DNA of 64,000 nt from an uncultured Gammaproteobacteria bacterium (GTDB taxonomy: Bacteria > Patescibacteriota > Microgenomatia > CAYXHB01 > CAZYTL01), in NCBI GenBank assembly GCA_964650355.1, contig CAZYTL010000002.1, forward strand, positions 6,964 to 70,963, read 5' to 3'. Positions 57,831 through 64,000 of the stretch are shown in pieces. The position numbers and the translations under genes were made by a program. How positions within the stretch are numbered: the stretch's first letter is position 1; each line of letters opens with the position of its first letter. Under the pieces are notes generated by a model. It was given only the letters and a program-made list of their open reading frames with translations. It was not told the DNA's origin and made no database searches.

Positions 57831-58142
57831 ATTTTTTGGTTGCCAGTTGAATCGGGTGAGATCTACAGTTGAGCCTTGGAAAACGATGCCTTCGGACTGG
57901 AGACGACGAATTTTTCCGGGAATACCACCTTGGCCAGCATAACCATGCATGTGACCGTCAGACCCGATGACTCGATGACAAGGAATGTTTTTCAGGTCAG
58001 GATTGTGTTTCATGAGTAACCCGACTGACCGGGCAGCCTTGGGGCTACCTGCCAGTTGGGCAATCTGTTGATAAGTGGCCACTTTGCCGGCCGGAATCTG
58101 ACTAACAACATGGTAAACCCGACGGGAGAAGTCTGAGGACAT
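57825..58142 (-). CDS. O6-methylguanine-DNA methyltransferase family, single domain
   Basis: IPAGKVATYQQIA..AG.PKAARSVG, IPCHRVI active site. Confidence 0.94.
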   Translation of the reverse strand: MSSDFSRRVYHVVSQIPAGKVATYQQIAQLAGSPKAARSVGLLMKHNPDLKNIPCHRVIGSDGHMHGYAGQGGIPGKIRRLQSEGIVFQGSTVDLTRFNWQPKNL

Positions 58143-58148
58143 AGATGA

Positions 58149-58177
58149 ATGTTACCGGGAAACTGTGAGTGAGTCAA
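58149..58177 (-). promoter_or_regulatory. Leaderless-type sigma70 promoter of the MGMT gene
   Basis: TTGACT, 17 nt, TAACAT, 6 nt, ATG. Confidence 0.7.
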
Positions 58178-58648
58178 CGAAAGGAAAAGACGACGGCGCG
58201 TGCTTAACGGACCGACAACGTGTTTTAATTTCCCTGAATTTTGTTAGTTAAAAACACCGAATTTGTAACCAAATAGATCATGGCAGCCGGTCGAAATATT
58301 CATTAATAAAAGAGATAATGACTATCTCCCAGACAATCCCTCCCAGAGGGTGATGTCTAATGCGGGTTTGAGTGAAGGTACGAGTTAGAGTTGGTAGAAG
58401 TTTTTTCAGACGAACTATCAATCATATTTTTATTACCGGTAGGGATCGTTTTTTGAAGATTCGACCATAAACGGCTATTTGGTTTCTACTAACTGAATAG
58501 TAGGTTAGATAGAGACCTTGTCGAGCAGACTAATCTTTTATCGAGTTTGATTTTGAAAATAGCTCTGGTTTATGAACTGAGCATTTAAAACTGATTATTG
58601 TCTTCGTCGATCTGACTAGATTAAAATGGTATTATAAATAATTAAGTT

Positions 58649-58789
58649 ATGGAAGAAACTCCAACGGATCAAACATCAACCGCCCCTGTGAAACAAACTA
58701 GCGACAGCCCTACTCCGGTCAATTCGTATAGTCCAGCACCTGAAACTCCGCAAAGTACAGAAAAGATAGAATCTAAAAGTAGTAGTTGA
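58649..58789 (+). other. 46-codon Pro/Ser/Thr-rich ORF in frame with the downstream SBP, ended by a single TGA
   Basis: MEETPTDQTSTAPVKQTSDSPTPVNSYSPAPETPQSTEKIESKSSS-TGA-ATG. Confidence 0.7.
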
Positions 58790-59590
58790 ATGGTTTGGTT
58801 AATATTGGGAGGATTAATTTTAATCGTTTTAGTAGCCGGAGGCATATATTATTGGCTGCAAAAAACACCAAATTCTAACACGGCACTAACTCAAAATATC
58901 CAACCAACTCCATCAGTCCCATCCATTAAAGAGCAATTAGTAATTGGAACTGACGCTACTTTCCCTCCGATGGAGATGTTCGACGGCTCAAACAACTTGG
59001 TTGGTTACGATATCGATTTAGGCAATAAAATTGGTGAAAAGTTAAACACCAAAGTTGAGTTTAAAAATATCCCCTGGGATCAGCTATTTACATCTCTGGA
59101 GTCGGGAGATGTGGACATGGTGATTTCCGGAGTAACCATAAATGATGAACGGAAACAAACTTATGATTTTTCCGAGCCTTACCTAAATAACGGCCAAGTA
59201 GTGATTGTCCAACGGATTAATCAGGATATTAATTCGGTTAACGACTTGCAAGGGAAAAAGATTGCAGTTCAGAAAGGCACCACGAATGAAGAACAAGCAT
59301 ATAATTATACCGATAAACAATTAGTTTTAGCTGTAGATAATTTTATTCAAGCTACAGAATTATTAGTAGATGGCACCGCTAATGCTGTTTTTTCCGATTT
59401 AGCTGGCGCTAAAGGAATTATAAATGACCACCCAGAATTGAAAATTGTAGGAGAGCCGTTTACTTCAGAATATTACGGTATCATGTTTGCCAAAGGCAAC
59501 CAGGATTTAGTAAGTAAGGTTAATGATACCCTTGATAACCTTAGACAAGAAGGGGTGCTGGTGTTTTTGAAACAAAAATGGTTAGAATAA
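58790..59590 (+). CDS. Polar amino-acid solute-binding protein (family 3), TM-anchored
   Basis: GTDATFPPME, GYDIDL, ISGVTINDER...DFSEPY, VQKGTT, YYGI. Confidence 0.93.
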   Translation: MVWLILGGLILIVLVAGGIYYWLQKTPNSNTALTQNIQPTPSVPSIKEQLVIGTDATFPPMEMFDGSNNLVGYDIDLGNKIGEKLNTKVEFKNIPWDQLFTSLESGDVDMVISGVTINDERKQTYDFSEPYLNNGQVVIVQRINQDINSVNDLQGKKIAVQKGTTNEEQAYNYTDKQLVLAVDNFIQATELLVDGTANAVFSDLAGAKGIINDHPELKIVGEPFTSEYYGIMFAKGNQDLVSKVNDTLDNLRQEGVLVFLKQKWLE

Positions 59591-59594
59591 TTTA

Positions 59595-61802
59595 ATGAGG
59601 TTCAGTATCCGGACGAAATTATTATTGGGTTTTGCCTTATTAGGGTTATTATCTTCTCTGGTACAGGTTTTTGGGGTTGTAATTATAGAAGATTATTTTC
59701 ATGCTCAGGTTGAGCAATCATTAAAAGACAAAGCTGACCTAGCAGCTACCCAAATATTAAACCTCAGATCCAGAATCGAACTGGACCATTTAGGAATTGC
59801 AAGAGAGTATGGCTTATTAGAGTCTGGTGATGTTAGGCAATTGGCGGGAATAATTGATTTCGTTTTAAGCCAAAATCCCTTTTATCAAAAAATTACTATC
59901 CTCTCCCCTACCGGAAAAGAAATTCTGAAGATAGACCAGTTTTCACAAATCCCCGACGAAAGTTTAGATTTTGAAATTCCTACCCAATCATTTACTCAGG
60001 CTTTGGACGGCAATACTGGTGTTTCTAAAGTTTATTTTTTAGAACCAAGCTCTTCTCCCCAAGTCGACATATTTACACCGATTTTATCGTTTGATAAACA
60101 AGTTATCGGGGTGATAAAAAGCCAAATCAGACTGGATAGCTTGTGGGATGTCTTAGCACAAATTCAGATAGGTAAGCAGGGATTGGTGTACGTAGTTGAT
60201 GACGAAGGCCGGCTAATTGCCCACCCGGATAGAGCGTTGGTATTACAGGCGCCAAATTATGCTGAGCGGCCTTTAATTAAAGCGATGATTAACCATCAAA
60301 CGAATCAACTAACTGACGAGGATTTTAATTACCTCAATGATAAGCAAGAACCGGTAATCGCTATGGCTAAGTTAATTCCCGATCTGAACTGGGTGGTGAT
60401 AGTAGAGGAACCCCAGAGTGAAGCTTTCAGTCAAATCAATATATTAAGGAGTGTATTTCGTGGGGCCACGGTAGCGTCTATTGGGTTACTGATTCTGATT
60501 TCTTTTTTCTTAAGTCATAGATTATCCCAACCAATTAAGAAATTACAAAGTTTTTCAGAATCATTAAGTAAAGGAAACCTACGCATCAGATCCGATATTT
60601 CAACCGGTGATGAAATTGAAGATTTATCAACGTCGTTTAATTCGATGGCCAGCCAATTAAACTCTTTGGTAGATCAACTGGCGGAAAATAACCAAAATCT
60701 GGAACAGGAAAAAACTCACGTGGAGGCCGAACGCAATAAATTGTCGATTATCATGCACGAAATTACCGACAGTGTGATTGCCGTTGATAAACAAAGAAAA
60801 ATTGTAATTTTTAATAAAGCTGCGGAAAAAATAACTGGATACCAAATAAGTGAGGCAAAAGATAAACCGATCAGTGATTTGCTTAGACTTTATGGCCAAA
60901 ATGGTGAAATTTCCGTAGATATCTATTGTCCGATAAAACCAGGCGATTATGAGGGTCTAGTATACCATCAAGATAAGGTTAAATTAGTGGGTAAGGAAGA
61001 TAAAACGACTTATGTAAATATAGTTTCAGGAAAAATCAAAGAAGGCGAATCAGTAAATTTGGGTACTATATTAACGATCCACAATGTTACGCCAGAAAGA
61101 GAACTGGAAAAGATGAAGCTGGATTTCGTGGCCATGGCTGCTCATGAGCTGCGAACTCCTTTAACTACGGTTCTGGGCTATCTGTCTTTTATTCAGAAGC
61201 CTAAGACAGCCGATAAACTCGCAGAAAATGAACGAGAATATTTATCAAAGGCGATGGTTAGCGCCACCCGTCTGAACCGATTAATTGATAATTTACTAGT
61301 AGTATCCAAGATTGACCAAGGTAGAATGGTGGTGAATGTGAAACCGACCAATTTGGGGAAGTTAATTGAAAAGATGGCTAAGGAATTTACCAACCTGGCT
61401 CAGGTTAAGGGTTTGCAAATGAATATTGAAACTGAAGATAATCTGCCCGAAGTAATGGCTGATCCGGTAGCATTAGAAGAAGTGATTATCAACTTAGTGG
61501 GTAACGCGATTAACTACACTCTATCAGGCAGCATCACCGTCAAAGTGCGCAGAAATGAAGACCAGGTAATGGTTTCCATAGCTGATACAGGGAAAGGCAT
61601 TCCTAAGGAAGCTATTCCGCATTTATTTACCAAATTTTTCCGAGTAATCGGAGAATTACAATCAGGAGCGAAAGGTACCGGATTAGGGCTTTATATTTCT
61701 AAGAAAATTGTTGATTCTTTGGGAGGAAAAATATGGGTGGAAAGTAACTTAAACCAGGGATCAACTTTTTATTTCAGTCTACCGATTGCCAAAATGGATT
61801 GA
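59595..61802 (+). CDS. Sensor histidine kinase (Cache-HAMP-PAS-HisKA-HATPase)
   Basis: 2 TM, YVVDDEGRLIAHPD, DEIEDLSTSFNSM, NKAAEKITG, AHELRTPLT, NLVGNA, DTGKGI, GTGLGL. Confidence 0.95.
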   Translation: MRFSIRTKLLLGFALLGLLSSLVQVFGVVIIEDYFHAQVEQSLKDKADLAATQILNLRSRIELDHLGIAREYGLLESGDVRQLAGIIDFVLSQNPFYQKITILSPTGKEILKIDQFSQIPDESLDFEIPTQSFTQALDGNTGVSKVYFLEPSSSPQVDIFTPILSFDKQVIGVIKSQIRLDSLWDVLAQIQIGKQGLVYVVDDEGRLIAHPDRALVLQAPNYAERPLIKAMINHQTNQLTDEDFNYLNDKQEPVIAMAKLIPDLNWVVIVEEPQSEAFSQINILRSVFRGATVASIGLLILISFFLSHRLSQPIKKLQSFSESLSKGNLRIRSDISTGDEIEDLSTSFNSMASQLNSLVDQLAENNQNLEQEKTHVEAERNKLSIIMHEITDSVIAVDKQRKIVIFNKAAEKITGYQISEAKDKPISDLLRLYGQNGEISVDIYCPIKPGDYEGLVYHQDKVKLVGKEDKTTYVNIVSGKIKEGESVNLGTILTIHNVTPERELEKMKLDFVAMAAHELRTPLTTVLGYLSFIQKPKTADKLAENEREYLSKAMVSATRLNRLIDNLLVVSKIDQGRMVVNVKPTNLGKLIEKMAKEFTNLAQVKGLQMNIETEDNLPEVMADPVALEEVIINLVGNAINYTLSGSITVKVRRNEDQVMVSIADTGKGIPKEAIPHLFTKFFRVIGELQSGAKGTGLGLYISKKIVDSLGGKIWVESNLNQGSTFYFSLPIAKMD

Positions 61803-61867
61803 TGTGGTTAATAATATAAATTAGTTTGGGATTTAATTAAATGATCAAATAAAGTAACTCTTATCCG

Positions 61868-62263
61868 ATGAAATTAAACATGTCTAAAAGAATTTTATTA
61901 ATTGAAGACGAACAAATGATTCGAGAGATGTACGAGATCGCTTTGAAAGAAGCTGGTTACAAGGTGAATTGTGTTAAAGATGGAAAGGAAGCTTTGGAAA
62001 TATTAAAACAACCGAACGTTAACTACGATCTAGTACTATTAGATATCCTGCTCCCGGAATTGAATGGAATGAGTGTGTTGAATGAAATGAAGAAAAATGA
62101 CTCGCCTTCGAAAAATATTCCAGTAATTCTATTAACTAATCTGGGAATGGAAGGACTGGTCAATGAGGCTATGAATTTGGGAGCGGAACAATATTTAATT
62201 AAATCAAATATTTTGCCCCAAAATCTGGTAGAAGAACTAAAAAATTTCTTCACAGCACGGTGA
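61868..62263 (+). CDS. Single-domain response regulator (start may be 61880)
   Basis: LIEDE, LDILLPELNG, LTN, YLIK. Confidence 0.93.
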   Translation: MKLNMSKRILLIEDEQMIREMYEIALKEAGYKVNCVKDGKEALEILKQPNVNYDLVLLDILLPELNGMSVLNEMKKNDSPSKNIPVILLTNLGMEGLVNEAMNLGAEQYLIKSNILPQNLVEELKNFFTAR

Positions 62264-62279
62264 TATGCTTAGTGATGAT

Positions 62280-62617
62280 TTAATCTGACATCCACCGATA
62301 TACGTCAAGATTAACGTGATTTTTAATATTAAACTGCACACCTTCCCTTTAACCGGGCAACTTTTTCAATAATTCCTCCCTGACCAGCGTAGCCATGCAT
62401 GTGTCCGTCAGAGCCGATGACTCGATGACAAGGAATGTTTTTCAGATCAGGATTGTGTTTCATGAGTAACCCGACTGCCCGGGCAGCCTTGGGGCTACCC
62501 GCCAGTTGAGCAACCTGTTGATAAGTGGCTATTTTGCCGGCCGGAATCTGACTAACAACATGGTAAACTCGCCGGGAGAAGTCTGAGAATGTTATCTGGA
62601 AACTAAGAGTGAGTCAA
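62280..62617 (-). pseudogene. Pseudogene copy of the MGMT gene including its promoter
   Basis: About 62380-62588 is near-identical to about 57930-58137 (SDFSRRVYHVVSQIPAGK..IPCHRVIGSDGHMHGYAGQGG). ATG is deleted and there is an internal TAA; the TTGACT/TAACAT promoter is kept at 62589-62617. Confidence 0.92.
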
Positions 62618-62656
62618 CTAATTAGATGGTTGTAATTATGTTTCATGTTTTATGGT

Positions 62657-63046
62657 TTACTTCCTAATTCTCGGAATCAATTTCCCGGGAACTTTTCTAA
62701 CCTTAATGGTTCTATAACCTAAGATTTTGGCCTTAACCAGTCTATGCAGTCCATCTAGCAGTAGCCATTTACCTCTCCAGTACATGATATCCAAGGGGTA
62801 TCTTAAATCACAGTTCAGTGTTCTGGTATACTCTTCAAGGTATTTTTCTGGATTCTCAACTACCTCATTGGGCTTTAAATCGTAATATCCTTGCTCCGTG
62901 TTCCAAAAAGGAATTTCAAAGTGCCACACTAGTTTAGAAAGAGCCATTTTTTCAACTGGAAGTATTAGAGCCCAAACCTTACGTTCATCCCACTTAAAGT
63001 CAAATCCCACCTCCCGGATAATTTTGGGAACCTTTCTGATACTCAT
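62657..63046 (-). CDS. ParB-N/sulfiredoxin-like domain protein
   Basis: DLRYPLDI...LLLDGLHRLVKA. Confidence 0.7.
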   Translation of the reverse strand: MSIRKVPKIIREVGFDFKWDERKVWALILPVEKMALSKLVWHFEIPFWNTEQGYYDLKPNEVVENPEKYLEEYTRTLNCDLRYPLDIMYWRGKWLLLDGLHRLVKAKILGYRTIKVRKVPGKLIPRIRK

Positions 63047-63048
63047 AG

Positions 63049-63426
63049 CTATTCCTCAAAAGGTTCGGAGATTTCCCAAATGTGATGATCCGGGTCCTGG
63101 AAATAGGTAACTGTTTGGCCCCAGGGGGTAGTTTTGGGTCCTTCTAAAATCTCTACACCTTTAGATTTTAATTGCTCACAGGATTTTTTGAGATCGTCAA
63201 CTTGAAAACCCAGAACTGCTCCTCCTCCGGATCTCATAAATTTAGAGGGAAACATGGTCGTGGCTTCGTCTTTTTGAAAAATTGATAATGAGGTCTCTCC
63301 ACCCACAAAGTTGGCAAATTTACCATCTCGGGATTGGAGTTTTAACCCAAGTTTGTGCTGATAAAAGTCTAGTGACTTATCAAAATCTTCAACTAGTAAA
63401 CAAATAGCAAATAAGTTTTTGAACAT
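63049..63426 (-). CDS. VOC/glyoxalase family protein
   Basis: SLDFYQHKLG, GFQVDD, PWG..YFQDPDHHIWEI; SD GGAGGTG before ATG 63426. Confidence 0.92.
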   Translation of the reverse strand: MFKNLFAICLLVEDFDKSLDFYQHKLGLKLQSRDGKFANFVGGETSLSIFQKDEATTMFPSKFMRSGGGAVLGFQVDDLKKSCEQLKSKGVEILEGPKTTPWGQTVTYFQDPDHHIWEISEPFEE

Positions 63427-63533
63427 GCTGATCACCTCCAATCGATGACGAAGAAATTTTATCAAAGCACTAAAGATCAGATCCAGAGTAGTGGACTACA
63501 CTAAAGTTTCTCTGGCCTATATAATTGTGATTA

Positions 63534-64000
63534 ATGCACAAGATTCAGAAGATTTTATTGAAAAGACTATTGGTGCAAAATAATCAGCGTTACTCTACTT
63601 TGACTCGGGGATACGATTTTGAGGATAATGTGGTGTGGCATTTGAAACAACTAATACAAAAGGGGTTAATTAAGAAGTTGGAAAATCAATATCAAATTAC
63701 TGTTGAAGGAGTGAAACTGGTGACGGATTTTGATTTACCTGATTTGGAAGATACCGGTTATAAAACTTTTTTTCTGGGTTTCCTTTGCCAATATCAAGAT
63801 AAATATTTAATAAAGGAACACCCGGGGGGTGGGATTAATTTTTACAATTTACCCAGTGGAAAACCTAGATTTGGAGAGCCTTTAGAGGAAGCTCTGATAA
63901 GGACTTTTCAGGGTAATACCGGAGTCATTCTTAAGCCAGATAACTTTGGTTATTTAAGTTTGCACTTAAAGACGGTAAAGACTACCAAAGGGGAGGTGTT
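63534..64000 (+). CDS. Winged-HTH plus degenerate NUDIX protein, truncated by window end
   Basis: Manual translation MHKIQKILLKRL...VVWHLKQLIQKGLI...LPSGKPRFGEPLEEALIRTFQGNTG; homolog of 35704-36393. Confidence 0.8.
   Translation, partial: MHKIQKILLKRLLVQNNQRYSTLTRGYDFEDNVVWHLKQLIQKGLIKKLENQYQITVEGVKLVTDFDLPDLEDTGYKTFFLGFLCQYQDKYLIKEHPGGGINFYNLPSGKPRFGEPLEEALIRTFQGNTGVILKPDNFGYLSLHLKTVKTTKGEV

Noticed and set aside
58178-58620. 440-nt non-coding stretch as an ncRNA or gene
   Set aside because: No long ORF or convincing extended structure; probably decayed coding sequence at the cassette edge.
58787-58789. Genetic code 25 (UGA=Gly) as in Gracilibacteria/Absconditabacteria
   Set aside because: Long genes have no internal TGA and several end properly at TGA (pgk, bcp, kinase).
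835-63110. Short antisense or alternate-frame ORFs in the track (e.g. 835-1095, 3281-3631, 14399-14857, 17738-18151, 20888-21307, 54391-54663)
   Set aside because: They overlap well-supported genes and show no motifs; treated as shadow ORFs.
1-64000. CRISPR array, tRNA/rRNA genes, transposase or integrase, prophage
   Set aside because: No regularly spaced repeats, tRNA T-loop/acceptor structure or recombinase/phage ORFs were seen by eye.

Overview
A 64-kb chromosomal segment of a reduced-genome bacterium. Gene content and order suggest Patescibacteria/CPR, Microgenomates-like (inference, no database search): short PheT without the B2 domain, protease-less Lon-like ATPase next to rnj/ftsK/rodZ, type IV pilus cluster, many GT-C glycosyltransferases. 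Core genes are infC-rpmI-rplT-pheS-pheT, ftsK, rnj, pilB/pilC/pilMN, pgk, def and prs, interleaved with accessory genes. The most striking element is a complete T-box riboswitch on the minus strand (about 19318-19690; specifier most likely UAC/Tyr). It leads a three-gene unit lying between rnj and ftsK that contains no synthetase or recognisable biosynthetic enzyme. The unit encodes a 597-aa protein with circularly permuted ATP-grasp (GspS-like) ligase motifs, an M20 amidohydrolase that has lost both non-bridging ligands of one metal site, and a YbaK/ProX-family aminoacyl-tRNA deacylase. Other oddities: a PheT-AlaX editing-domain fusion; two cassettes each bracketed by an intact gene and a decayed homolog of it; a stand-alone DHp-like protein plus receiver ahead of pilB; a transmembrane-only PilC-like protein; an in-frame TGA splitting the N-terminus of a solute-binding protein; and many apparently leaderless promoters. 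No tRNA, rRNA, CRISPR array or transposase was seen.
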